64,000 nt of DNA from Antedon mediterranea (Eukaryota > Animalia > Echinodermata). Positions 24,604-37,585 of this stretch are shown here, one piece after another (positions within the stretch are counted from its first letter, which is position 1; each line of letters starts with the position of its first letter). Below the pieces are notes generated by a model. That model saw only the letters and a program-made list of their open reading frames with translations, searched no databases and was not told the origin of the DNA. The stretch is from assembly GCF_964355755.1 (NCBI RefSeq), contig NC_092670.1:38428388-38492387 (forward strand). The letters are read 5' to 3'. The translations under genes were made by a program, and so were the position numbers.

Positions 24604-26817
24604 AGAATAAGAGGAGGCACAACACGGCCTAGCTATCTAGTTAATCCAATTAGTATCACGCTGTGCGGTAGTGCTTAAGCATAGGGTAATAAACTTCCCA
24701 TAACGATCCTTTGAAGAACATCCTGTTTACCCGTGCAGCTCGCTGCAGAGTTGGCTCTGATTACGTAACACCCTAATTAAGGAAGAAGCCAGGCATGACA
24801 TCGGTGACAAGAAAAGTAAACAGAGGCTGCGCAGTAGTTTCTAATACATCATAGTGAAGCATGACCTTTGTGCAGTTGTTCATTGTTCTTTGAGCTTTTT
24901 TCTCGAAAAAACCGTTTAAAAATCGAGTAAATTTTCACGGAGATATCGCAGTTTTTATACCAGCTAACAAATTAATCATATTTTTTATCAAGCCATAGAC
25001 GTATCATTTGGTAAATCGAAATTTGACCGTTTAAGCAACTTTTTAATTTACGAACCCTAGTGCATTTTGTAGCATATTAAAGACTCCAACTTATTTTAAA
25101 ATCATATTTTAGTGCGCGCAAATGCGCGCATGAAAAAAATTATGTAATTTGTTCTCATGAATATTCAAAAATATACGTATATTAGAATTCCAACGACACA
25201 ATTTCTTATTTTTATTACAGTATATGACATTTAATTTATGTTTCAGTCTATATTATGACCGTTTAGCAAAACTAAAATTCTTCTATTTTAGTCTGATATT
25301 GTATAATTAAATTATTTATGATATTAATATCATAAAATATATGATTTTTACGATCACATACTTAGAGTTCAGTGAAATTGTAGGACTAAATTATATATCG
25401 TTTAACGATTTGTGGCTACACATAGGCCTACTACATAGTATTAGTAGGCCTCAGTTCGTAATATATTATTATTTAATAAATAGCCTAAATAAGGATAATA
25501 TTTAATCCCATAATGATGGACATATTTAGTGCATACCGTAACCGGTAGGCCTAATAGGTTCAGGCATAGGCGCGCCTTATAGTAAAAATAAACAATATCA
25601 ATAATAATAATAGGTTTTTTTATGTAGGTCTATATTTATATATTAATAATTGCAATAACGTTAGAAATAGTAGTAATATTTTATCAAAGAAGAAATTAAT
25701 CAATTAGTTTTAGTTTTCGGTTGGTCGTTATTATATAATATGGTATAAAATGGTACTACGAGAATATTCGTTTAGTATCAACCCGTAACAACAACTACAA
25801 ATTATATGTGTTCGTTAAAAATTCAATTACTGTACAAATATAGTCTATGCTCTTTTGTAATTATAAGCCATTGCTTAAAAGGATTATGTACAGTTCGGTA
25901 CATAGCGGTTAATCGTAAAATTAAAAAATCGGACATACGAACAATAGATCGCCAACATTATTCGTACCCTTTTGCTGTATTGCGTACGTCGATCACGACT
26001 GACGCAGCTGTAAACTTCGCCTGGAAAGTAACTAGTACAGTACACATTCTGGTCCCTGGATATCACACGTAAACCGCAATGGAGCAGGTCCAATGTTAAA
26101 CAATTCGTACAAAGGGGAACCGCCAGACAAGTGCGTATACCTATTCATTGTTTATTAGATCGCTGGCATGCAAAGTGCAATAGCTCTCCGCTCCAACGTA
26201 CTAAAAAAAATGGAACGTCGCGGTTTTTCTAGGCGCTGAAGTTATACGAAGTGAACGCAAATGATTTTTTTTTACTGTATATTATATTCCCCGACGAAAA
26301 GTACTCGCGTTTCCCAGACGGGAGAAGGGAGGGGATACAGCCCCCGTAGCCCCCCGCTGGCACCACCACTGGTGAATCATGATTCATGATAAGTTGTCTG
26401 GAGAAATTACCAACATTTAGTACACAGTAAACGAAATAAATATAATTCCTTTATTGGTGCCGTATAAAACTCGTATTATTAATTTATTAATAAAAGATAT
26501 CCAGTAGAATAGCGCTGCTTTTTATAAAAATTAATAAACAGGGTCGGAATACAAGTTCAGTAGGTCTACAAACAGTATAGTACACCTTTCACGCTTGAAC
26601 GCACACATCGCCTAGCAAGAGTATTGTGACGTCCTAATACGCATGTGTACTAACACCAAAATTGACCGCGGGCAGTAAACATTGTAATCTTTGCTAATTG
26701 GGTTACGTAACGGCAGTGTTTAGCACCTATTAAATACTCATTACAAGCATAGCCTTAAGCAAGCGGTAAACACGATGAACTGACTGAACTATTCAAGTTG
26801 TGTCTCCTCTTATTCTT
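24604..26817. mobile_element. ~2.2 kb TIR-bounded non-autonomous DNA element
   Basis: AAGAATAAGAGGAGGCACAAC at 24604 mirrored by GTTGTGTCTCCTCTTATTCTT ending at 26817 (20/21); interior richer in CpG than the flanks; no transposase ORF. Confidence 0.65.
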
Positions 26818-27261
26818 TACTCCATGATTTTATCTATATTTAGCAAATACCGAAATCATTAACAATAAAATATTTCTTTTAATAACTATTTTTTTATTGG
26901 TAAACCTGGAAAAAAAAAAACCCCTGTTACCTAGATAACTGAAAAGTGTTGTTAATTTTGTATCATTGTAGTGCTTTTGAATGATGAACAAGTTATGTTT
27001 AACCTAGCCACAGGCAGAATTTCACAAAAGGTGGTTCCCCAGGTAACAGACCTGGTAAATTGAAATTGATTATAGTAAACAAAGCAAAACCTAGAAATGT
27101 TTCCCAAATTATTACTTATTTTGATTATTATATATTGTTATTTACTGTTATTAGGGTTGCTCTAGATTGAGATCAATAAAATAATGACCTCAAGTGATAT
27201 CAATGATGATTAAAACTAAAAACACTTTTATGTTAATGTTAAAAAACAAATTAAAAGCATG

Positions 27262-27575
27262 GTGCAAGTGAGTGGCCAAGAGGTCAAGACAGTGGAACTG
27301 TAATTACGTAGCCATAACATTGGTAAGAGTTTGAGGAGAGGTTCACTCGGTCCATGGTTCTGGTGGTAGAACAAGTCTTCCCGAATAATTACTATATAAA
27401 CCATATGTCTAGTGTACACATCTAGCTCATGTGCACTTTAAAGAACCTACATCTTACAAGACGAGTAGGGGTTACCCTGGTATACTAAGTACACACATAC
27501 ACAGCCACTGATCTTAACTGGGCCCTCTTTGAGGCCAGTCTTTGACTGAAGAGGTTACCCAGTATAAAATAACAA
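27262..27575 (+). mobile_element. tRNA-headed SINE with a Deu/Nin-like central domain
   Basis: A-box-like GTGGCCAAGAGGTCAAGAC head; central GTGCACTTTAAAGAACC...GAGTAGGGGTTACCCTGG resembles the DeuSINE core as I recall it. Confidence 0.55.
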
Positions 27576-27583
27576 ATACTTAC

Positions 27584-27765
27584 AAACTTGTATGATGCTT
27601 TGTTACTCTCTGAGGTTCGTTGATTTGTTTTTGACTCGTTACAATGTTTCCGTGGACGTTAGACAGGTGCGGCAGACTGTCAATATTGCTGTTTTTCTGT
27701 GAAAGAGTGAGTTGTGGAAACGTTGTGTTCGTTGAAGTTACAGGCAAGTTTTTAGCGTGATGTTT
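27584..27765 (-). CDS. DYRK4: DYRK4-like kinase N-terminal exon
   Basis: tttcag/gtaagt; open frame KHHAKNLPVTSTNTTFPQL...KHHTS; phase 0 in, phase 2 out. Confidence 0.72.
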
Positions 27766-27822
27766 CTGAAATAAAGAAGAAATCAAGTGATTATTTATTT
27801 CAATTCTATATTTATATTATAA

Positions 27823-27976
27823 AGCTCTGTCTACAGAAACTAGTTTGATAAAAAAAAAGTGTGATGTGCCCAAATATGGTAGTGATATGCCCAAATATGG
27901 TAGTGACATGACATCATGTCAATTATAGGCACATCACATTTTTTGTCACATAAAGTTTGATAGTGTAGACAGAGCT
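27823..27976. mobile_element. Harbinger-type MITE family 1
   Basis: TAA|AGCTCTGTCTACA...TGTAGACAGAGCT|TAA, 3-bp TSD; ~15 full or partial copies in the window (e.g. ~13360, 14420, 14614, 17120, 19212, 39662, 48648, 50501, 57730). Confidence 0.85.
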
Positions 27977-28306
27977 TAAGAAAGAGAATTTGTTTAGGAA
28001 GGTTTTTAAGAAGGTGGGATTAATGGGATCAATGGGATTAATGGGATCAATATGGAATACGTAATAAAAATGTTTTAAACTACTGGAGTGGAGTTAGGGG
28101 AGGTGGGGGTGGGATATCCAGGGGCAGATCTTTCTTCTGGTATGTCATTCCTAACATAACTTAAAATCTTAAAAGTAATTTGTTATCATTGTACTCAAAC
28201 TAGACCTTCAAACTGTTTGTGTCTTGCGTGACAAGTATTCTCTTCTTGCAAGATCCTCTATTAATGGTATTTTTTGTATTTTCTCATTATAAATTATCAT
28301 TCTTTT

Positions 28307-31300
28307 TTGGTTATCCGCAACGAAGTTGCAGGATAACCTCTTGTGATTGTACGAAATCATCATCATCATCATCAACTTTTTATTAGTTATCCGCACTATG
28401 GCGGATAACTCCTTGTAACTGTCCTGTTTCATCATCTTTTTTTTTTTTTTTTTTTTCTGTATTATTCTTCTTTCTTTCTGTCATTTTTGTGCAGAGCGTA
28501 TCTCTAAAACGTGTAAAGTTAACATTTTATAACTTTGTCAACATATGGGCAATCACGTGAAGTTGTGCTTTCCTATAATTGAATGACGTCAGAGTTGCGC
28601 AACATGACTTACGCGCGTTTTTATGAATTTCGCGTATTTAACATAGATCGAAAACCATATAACAATTTAAATTGAAACTTAGCAAAAGTCTAATTTATAT
28701 CGTGCGCTAACTTTTTGTGCACTAAAAATGGCATGTTTTACACGAAGTTACGCGCGCACGCGCTTTTAAAATTTTACGATGCGAAAAATCAATTTCTAAT
28801 CAACTTTATACGCGTTTCATGTCATTTTCAGCATGTCAAAAATTCCCACACGTGCGCAAATTTTTACGCGCGTGGTGCACACGTAGCGTTAAAAACGTCA
28901 TTTTTTCGAGTGATTTATGTTTTTTCAGCCTTTTCTAGTAATTTTACCAACTTTTAAATAATTTCGACTTCAAATTACGTCATACGAGCACGTAGAATAT
29001 GATAATTTGCGCGCTTTTTTGATGAAAAACTTCAAAAATTCGTCAAAATTAAGGCTTTTTTTAAACAATCGTAGTTTCTAAACTAAACGGTAAAAATTAT
29101 TTTTATTACATATTCTGGAAGTTGATGAGTTGTAGATATCAGATCATGCATTAATATGGCTAACCGGACATTGTGACGTCATCGTATGGCCACGCGAATA
29201 TGAAATTTAGGATTTTTGTATCTTTCGTCATAATTCCTCACATTTAATAGAGGGCATCTCCACTTATCCGTTTTCCATTTTCACCCCGATTTTGATATTG
29301 TCTAGGTCAATCAACTATCTTTAGCATGAGTTAAAAATATTTTAATTTTTATGACGTCATCATGCCTAAAAATTTAAATTACGTGTGGCATTAATTTCAT
29401 CTTTACAGTAAATTTCAATCTGTTATAGCTCGTAAGAATAAAATGTGATAATCACGATTAAAACGTTTTCTTGAAGCTATTGGATTGTAGATACAAAATC
29501 ATGTGAAAATTTTGCCAATCGGATGTGGTGACGTCATCATATGGCCAGTTAAATAAAAAAAGTCGTATTTTCATCTTTTGCGTCATAGTTCATTACATTT
29601 AAAAGAGCGCGCATTAATATTTCACGCATTCAAATTTCTTCTACACGTTAATATGTTGTTGCTGAGATAATTTCCTTCCAAAATTGCTACCTTCGCGTTT
29701 CATTTTAAAACCATCAACATGTTAAAAATTTCAATAAATAGCGGGTCCCGTAATTTCCCCTATTCTACACTGTATGTGATATGTATACAGATTACAGTGT
29801 GTATACTATATATGAATCAAAATAATAGAATTCAGCAATAACAACATATCATAGTCTTCAGTTCAGGTCATAATGCCATAATCTTTTTCCGTGCGCAATA
29901 TTCCAACGTATGGCGTGGACGTGGCGTTTGTCGTGCGGATAACTAACTCGTCAAAGTGACGAGTTTCATGTCTAGTTCTTCTTCTTTCTTTCTGTATGAT
30001 TTTTGTGTAACGCTTTTCTCTAAAACTCGCAAACATAACATTTTGTTAACTATGTTAACATTTTGACATTTATGTAACGTCGTCAAGCGAAGCTTTTCAT
30101 GATGTTTACAATTGCGCAACGTGACGTACGCGCGATTTAACGATTTTATCGTATTTAACATATGTCGAAAACCAAATAACATTTTAAAGTGAAACTTTGC
30201 AAAAGTTTAATTTATATCATGCGCTAAATTTCTGTTGAAAAAAAATTGCGTGTTTTACACAAAGTTACGCACGCACGCACATTTAAAATTTCAAAATGCG
30301 CAAAATTAATTTATAATCAACTTTCTACGAGTTTCATGTCGTTTTAAGCATGTCAAAAATTCCCACGCGTGCGCACATTTCTACGTGTGCGGTGTGCACG
30401 TAGCATTGAAAACGTATTTTTTTCGCGTGATTTATGTTTTTCCAGCCTTTTCTAGTAATTTTACCAAATTTTAAACAATTTCGACTTAAAGATACGTCAT
30501 ACGAGCACGTCGAATTGGACAATTTGCGCGCGTTTTTTATGAAAAGGTTAAAAAATTCGTTTAAAATATGCCTTTTTTTAAACAGTCGTAATTTCTAAAC
30601 TAGACGGTCAAATTTTTGTGGATGACATATTCTGGAAGTAGATGAGTTGTAGATATCGGATCAGGTATTAATATGGCTAACCTGACATTGTGACGTCATC
30701 GTATGGCCACGCGAATATAAAATTTAGTATTTTTGTATCTTTCGTCATAGCTCATCACATTGAATAGAGCGCATCTCCACTTATCCGTTTTCCATTTTCA
30801 CCCCGATTTTGATATTGTCTAGGTCAATTAACTATCTTTCGCATGAGTTAAAAATATTTTAATTTTTTTGACGTCATCATGCCTAAAAATTTAAATCACG
30901 TGTGGCATCAATTTCATCTTTACAGTAAATTTTAATCTGTTATAGCTCATAAGAATAAAATGTGATAATCACGATTAAAACTTTTTCTGGAAGCTATTGG
31001 ATTGTAGATACGAAATTATGTAAAAATGTTGCCAATCGGATGTTGTGACGTCATCATATGGCCAGTTAAATAAAAAAGGTCGTATTTTCATCTTTTTCGT
31101 CATAATTCATTACATTTAAAAGAGCGCGCATCAATATTTAACGTATTCAAATTTCTTCTACACGCTAATACGTTGTTGCTGAGATAATTTGCTTTCGGAA
31201 TTGCTAACTTCGCGTTTCATTTTAAAACCATCAACATGTTAAAAATTGCAATAAATAGCGGGTCCCGTAATTTCACCTATTCTACACTGTATGTGATATG

Positions 31301-31501
31301 GATACAGATTATACTGTGTATACTATATATGAATTTAAATAATAAATTTCAGCAATAACAACAGATCATATTCTTCAGTTCAGGTCATAATGCCAACGTG
31401 AACACTTCCTTTTGTCCTCAACCTATCCCCTTAATGTTAATGTTGCACCACTTGCGCGGCGGATAACCAAACTCGTCAAAGTGACGAGTTACATGTCTAG
31501 T
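28307..31501 (+). mobile_element. Helentron/HINE (DINE-1-like) element B, interrupted by nested element A
   Basis: 5' subTIR TTGGTTATCCGC with hairpin and (ATC)n; 3' GCGGATAACCAA + ACTCGTC-AAAGT-GACGAGT hairpin + CTAGT; collinear with the intact copy at 40209. Confidence 0.85.
28384..29976 (+). mobile_element. Helentron/HINE element A (sister subfamily) nested in B
   Basis: subTIR pair TAGTTATCCGCAC / GTGCGGATAACTA, same 3' hairpin and CTAGT end, inserted in a T-rich tract. Confidence 0.85.
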
Positions 31502-31915
31502 TTATTGTATTGTTTTACCATTGATAGAAACTAATATTAATAAATGTTGAATTATTATTATCTGTGTTGTTGTTTATTATTGTTTACATATGATGATATA
31601 GAATAGGACATTACACATATTATTATGTACAGTATTTATTATGTATTTATTTATTTAGTACCAATGATAAATGTTAAAAAAGCATATTATATTATTAGCA
31701 ATGTTTGTGTTGAGATGAACTGTCAAAATAGACTCTAATAATAACTAATTTACACAAACCAACAGTGGTCTTGGTAGTCTCTGAGTGCTATAGCTTACCT
31801 GGATAAACCAATAATAGCCCCTTCTCTTCGAACACTTTAATAATTACTAATTATTGGATATCAAATTATTAGACTGAATATTAGCTACATTGATTCTATG
31901 TTTGTTTTATGTGTT

Positions 31916-32256
31916 GATGATTAACAAACAAGATTAACATGATTAACAAACAAGATTAACATGATTAACAAACAAGATTAACATGATTAACAAACATGAT
32001 TAACATGATTAACAAACAAGATTAACATGATTAACAAACATGATTAACATGATTAACAAACATGATTAACATGATTAACAAACATGATTAACATGATTAA
32101 CAAACAAGATTAACATGATTAACAAACAAGATTAACATGATTAACAAACAAGATTAACATGATTAACAAACAAGATTAACATGATTAACAAACATGATTA
32201 ACATGATTAACAAACATGATTAACATGATTAACAAACATGTCCCAAACAAGATTAA
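31916..32256. repeat. 22-bp minisatellite (ATGATTAACAAACAWGATTAAC)n
   Basis: Visible tandem array, ~14 copies. Confidence 0.95.
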
Positions 32257-32602
32257 TGTGTTTTTTATGATTAATTTGTCTTCTGAAGGACTGTTGCTTA
32301 TTTCTAAATTTACAAGGACTACAAGATTTATAATCAGCTCCAGCAGTTCATCCAATTTACTGCTCTTTATAAACAATTTAAACTATTAACAGCAAATGAT
32401 TACAAGTTATTACTTTTTATAATGATGTTGTAGTAAAGCTTGGTTCCCACTAGCAATGCAACGCAAGGACGTGATTTGACCAATCACAAGCGATAGATTA
32501 TTCGAACTTGTCATTGGTCAACTCGCTTGCGTTGCGCATAGGTCCTAAGATCTTATATATAAGATTTGATTTTTGATTTTTATATTAATTAGCTAGTTAT
32601 AC

Positions 32603-32725
32603 CTCAGTTGTTGTTGGTAGTTTCGTTGTGGTCATCATACTTGTTATCTGTAGCGGTTGTGTTTTTGTAGCACCAAACTTGACAGTCTCTCCCGGCAATG
32701 TCCTATTAACAGAGTCCTTCTGATT
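32603..32725 (-). CDS. DYRK4: DYRK4-like kinase, first shared N-terminal exon
   Basis: tttcag/gtataa; 41 open codons NQKDSVNRTLPGE...KLPTTTE, phase 0-0. Confidence 0.68.
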
Positions 32726-34084
32726 CTGAAAGTAAAAAATAACATATCATAAATTAAGAATGTGATACAGTATCTAGGCTGTTGCTTATTAACATTTGAA
32801 TCATGGGTTCAATCTGGAATTGGTTTCATTACATCTCAGTAAACTCGTGGGCGATACCACTGTCTTGAAATGGGATGTATGTTGAAGGGGATAAGGCCTA
32901 TGTCGGTTTATCCAGGTAGGCTAGACACGTAATAGACTTTTATTACACTCAAATTACATCAAAGATTTGAACTTTTGACCGTACGGTCGTTTATGTGCAA
33001 GAAATGACATACTTCTAAAAAATTAAGGATAAAGATATCTAAACTACATAATACAGCAGCTGCTATTGACAATAATGAATACCATATTGTATATTAGTTC
33101 ACTCAGGTAAACTACTAAACTTGTATACCTGGAAGATTTAATTCAGGCTACATTATCAGGGGTGGATCTCTCTAAATTTCGTAAATTGTAATGCAAAGGA
33201 TATAGTCCACATCATATTAAGCTCAGCCTTTCAGCATAAGATATTTTTATCTTATGCTGGTGATCTCACTTTACCAGTGATTGGTATAATTATAACCTTG
33301 ATTTAAGAACTGGATAAGAATTACCATATTAAACATGAGTCTTCTCAGTCATTTGTGCAGTTTGAAAGAAAACAGAGCTTTATAGTATGATAAGGAACAA
33401 TTTTATTTGACATTAAAGGCGTATTCTAATCAATTATTAAGAAAGTGTGAGACACTCAATAAAACACAGATTTAAAACAAGTCTTTATGCACTTTGAAAA
33501 ACAACAGAGCATTATAGTAAGTATGATAAGGAAAATAATACAAAAACACCAAAAAAAAGCAAAAAAAAAAAAGCAGCGAAATGAACTTTATTTGACATCA
33601 ATTGACAACATTATATAGTTAAAGGCAAATTCTAATCAATTAGCCGGTTTAGGCTTCAACAACATCCAGACCTCCTTTACAGTGTTTTCTTACGGAACGG
33701 AAACTAACAGGATTACGCGTCTTCCTTTAAGAGAGGGATAACGAAGAAAGAATAGTGACACAACAAAAGCAGCGATCAATATCATGTAATCAATGCAGGT
33801 AGGGGAACAGCTTCGTCTCCCTGATCAATGATCCCCTTTCAAGGTAATAGATAACAAAGCTAAGATATCATTGAATCAAAGGTACAATATCGATGAAGGA
33901 TTATGTTTAGGGGCAGCTTCTGTTTTTGTACCAGGTTAATGTGTAACCAAAACAATAGAAGCATTGTAATGATGTTGTCGTATATTTATCGATATGACCT
34001 TTTTAACTGGTAAACTCTTTTGATATGCAAGAAACTAATTACACTGCTTGTAGTTTCATTGGGCAAATTAAGAAACAAATGTAA

Positions 34085-34246
34085 AGCTCTGTCTACACTA
34101 TCAAACTTAATGTTACAAAAAAATGTGATGTGTCCATATATGGACATGATGATGTCATATCACTACCATATTTGGGCACATTACTACCATATTTGGGCAC
34201 ATCACACATTTTTTTGTCAAACTAGTTTGATAGTGCAGACAGAGCT
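34085..34246. mobile_element. Harbinger-type MITE family 1
   Basis: Full TIRs AGCTCTGTCTACACTATCAAAC with TAA TSD. Confidence 0.88.
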
Positions 34247-34519
34247 TAACAGATAAAGTTTATGAATAAATTATTATATTATTGACCAATGAGGAGAAGG
34301 AGGCAATACAAGAGATAATTTGACCACCAGTTATTATTATATCACAACCAAGCTTTTGACTTGGATGTCACATTCAGTATGGGTGAATTGTGAACTGCTG
34401 CTGTTACATTTTGCGATGTACAATACAGTTTACTGAAACAATACTAGCAGGCGTTTCATGCGTAACAAATCAATAGTTATTGATTCTCTCAAACTTTTTG
34501 TTTACGGGTAAAACTTTTT

Positions 34520-34825
34520 GAAGGAAATTGAATTTGAGAAGGGATTAACAACATTCACAGGATTTACAATCATTTTATATTTTAATATTGAAGAGATTTA
34601 CCACATTGAAGGTATTTATAACATGAATGAGGAGATTTACAACATTGAATGGATTAATAACACTAAAGGGTTACAACATATATTAGATTTACAAAAACCT
34701 AAGAAATTTACCAAATTAAAGGGATTTAACAAAAATAAAGGGATTTAACAACATTGAAGGGATTTACACCATTAAGGGATTGACAACATTGAAGGGATTA
34801 ACACCATATTTTAAGGGATTTAAAT
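34520..34825. repeat. Degenerate minisatellite (GGGATTTACAACATTGAA-like)
   Basis: About 14 diverged ~18-21 bp units. Confidence 0.7.
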
Positions 34826-35667
34826 GTACTATATCATATTTTATCTATACAGTACTATTAATAATTCTTCTTAATACTCCAGAAAGTTCTATAATTTACA
34901 GACAAAAAATAAATATGAAATAAAAATAACAGAACAAAATAAAATATTTATTAAAAAAAAGAATAAGAACAAATTACAAAATAAAAGATATTTATTAACA
35001 AATTTACTTGATGTACTACTGTATAGTAAAAACAATCACAAGAAAATACTAGCAAGGTGATTTTATTTTATTATGGCAACAGGGTTTATGGATGGCTAAC
35101 CTTAACCTCCCTATGTACCCCACAAGGGGTATGTGACGTTGTGTACTCATCGCCATAGGGATAAGAAAACAAATCTCTCTTAATATAGTAATAACTTTAT
35201 ATCAATTGTATGAAAAAAGTACTCAGAAGTTCAATTAAGACAATAAATAATTTTAATGTTATTAATTTTTACAGTTTATTTATTTTTTTGTCAATTAATT
35301 AATTAATTAGTCACAAAATTTCACTTACTTAGATATTTGTTTATTAAAATATAATTAAATGCAAATCTAAATACAGTTTATGCATTTTATGATTAATAAT
35401 CATGTTTCATTATGCCATATGCCTACTGTAAGAGCCACACCAAAACAACTTTTAGGTTTTTTTAACCTTTTATTTCACCATGTAACTGTTGAGTCTAAAA
35501 GTCATTCAACGGGAATCAAAAAGATTTCCAATTTTTTACCAGTTAAATTTATGGCATGATACTCTTGTACTGTTGTATTTTGTACATACACCTAAAGTTT
35601 AAAAGTTCAGCTTGGGAAGTAAGGTGTTAATAGATTTTGTAGGCCGCTGACTCGGGCGCTGACTTTA

Positions 35668-35826
35668 AGCTTTGTCTACACTATCAAATTAGTTTGACAA
35701 AAAAGTGTGATGTGCCCAAGTATAGTAGTGATATACCCAAATATGGTAGTGATATGACATTATCATGTCCATATGGGTATATCACATTTTTTTTGTCACA
35801 TAAAGTTTGATAGTGTGGACAGAGCT
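35668..35826. mobile_element. Harbinger-type MITE family 1
   Basis: Full TIRs with TTA TSD. Confidence 0.85.
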
Positions 35827-36606
35827 TTAAACCATCTTGAAATTAGCAATCATTGATCAAATGCAATAGATGTTGATATAAATAAAAAAATATTAAAATA
35901 TCCACATAGATTTTGCAATATTCTGTAGCTGTAATAAATAAAATATCCTCTTCCACAACATGTGCACACACTATAAATGGTCATCTTCAATTATTTCAAC
36001 CATAAATCTAGCATCAAAATGATAGGGTTACTCTAGGGGGTTATGTGGGCTGCATAGGACACAAAGGTGGGGGTCGAGAGGTGGTTCCAACACAGCAGGA
36101 GAGCTAATTCCAAGGCCGCCTAAACACTCACCTATTTGCCGTTTTCAACTTTGCCTTACTTTTTAATACTCTTGTCTGTACAAACATTTTATGGAGAGGA
36201 AACTAAAGAATTCAAGGGTCTATATACCACAAGTTTTACCTCCTGGGTGAATATATTATTTATTGTAAAAACAAATACACCACGCAAAATTCAAAATGGA
36301 AAGCTAACCATTGAATTCAGCTGATCATTAAAACTGACAAATCACCATGTGGTAACTGTAATTATTCAGTTATTAATAAATTTATCTATAAAAAAATAAC
36401 GTCAATATCTGAATATTTAATGTAATCAGGGGAAGAATGAATTTTCTTCTCTGATATAATCTGCACTTAAGACATATTTTTATATCTTCACAATTATTCT
36501 TTTCTCTCTCTATTTTATCATGAGCTGACGAGTCAGTGACTTAATTATTCGTAGATTCAGGACAAAAGAAAACAAAAATTAATTAATAATATTATTATTA
36601 TTAATA

Positions 36607-36868
36607 TTTTTTATTTTATACACATCCAACAGCGAGCACATACTCGCCAATTACAGGATGAATAAATTATTTTATAATTTATCATGCTTAATTATAAATC
36701 ATGCTTATAAACTAAGTCTCATTTGAGTCTTAGGGAGTGGAGTTGAAAAAGTAGTGAGTTACAATACCCTGGCACTAGGTAAGGGTTGAACCCCGGACCT
36801 AGGTAAGGGTTGAACCCCGGACCTAGGGATTGGAAGGCAAGCACATTAACCACCAAGCTACAGTTCCA
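36607..36868 (-). mobile_element. tRNA-derived SINE S1 with a duplicated B-box segment
   Basis: Collinear with the 23680 copy; CTAGGTAAGGGTTGAACCCCGGAC is tandemly duplicated. Confidence 0.8.
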
Positions 36869-37410
36869 ATATTATTTTGTCAACATTAAAGTAGAAGATA
36901 GACAGAAATTATTATAATCTTTCTAAAATCAGCTTGTTCTATTTAAGAAGTACTATATACAACCCTGTTACTTAAATTACTAAACACGCTAAGTCATCTC
37001 AGCCTTTCATACTTAGCCTTCGGTTATTCCATTGTGTGTGCGAGTCAACAGCGTCACAACACTTTTCAAGTGTTTGAAAAAATGTGCTAGAATTGATCAA
37101 GTGTTTCGTCTTATTGTCCGTCACTATTTACATTCGCACTTCAGAAATCAATTTGACTGCTACTGAAAAATTCTCAACGGGTTCAGAGTTACTCTAGTTT
37201 CAGAATGTTAATTTACTTTCTTATTTAACTTTTCATTTACCGAACAACGCTCTACTGTTCAATATCAATTTGTTACTTTTTATTCTTTGCTTTTTAAATG
37301 GATTGAACAAATGATTGAACAATTGATTTTTATGTTAGCTATACTGTGAATGACACCAAATTCAAACTGTTACTTAAAATTGAGAACCATTTGAAATGTT
37401 TTGTACAGCA

Positions 37411-37585
37411 TCTGGCACAATGGTAGGACTGTACACCAGTCTGGTATCTCATTTGACAGAGAACTGACTGACTCTGTCTTCTGTATTTAATTTGACTGGC
37501 ACAATGCTAGGACACCACCCCGTCATATATATCATTTGATAGAGAACTGACTGACTCTGTTTTCTGTATTTAATTTGACTGGCAT
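37411..37585. repeat. ~85-bp tandem duplication
   Basis: CTGGCACAATG...AGAGAACTGACTGACTCTGT...TTTGACTGGC occurs twice. Confidence 0.8.

Noticed and set aside
29943-30522. Short ORFs repeated at 40282-40828
   Set aside because: Recurrence reflects HINE copy identity; no Rep/helicase or other recognisable motif.
28307-31501. Head-to-tail rolling-circle dimer
   Set aside because: The termini show nesting of one subfamily inside another, not tandem copies.
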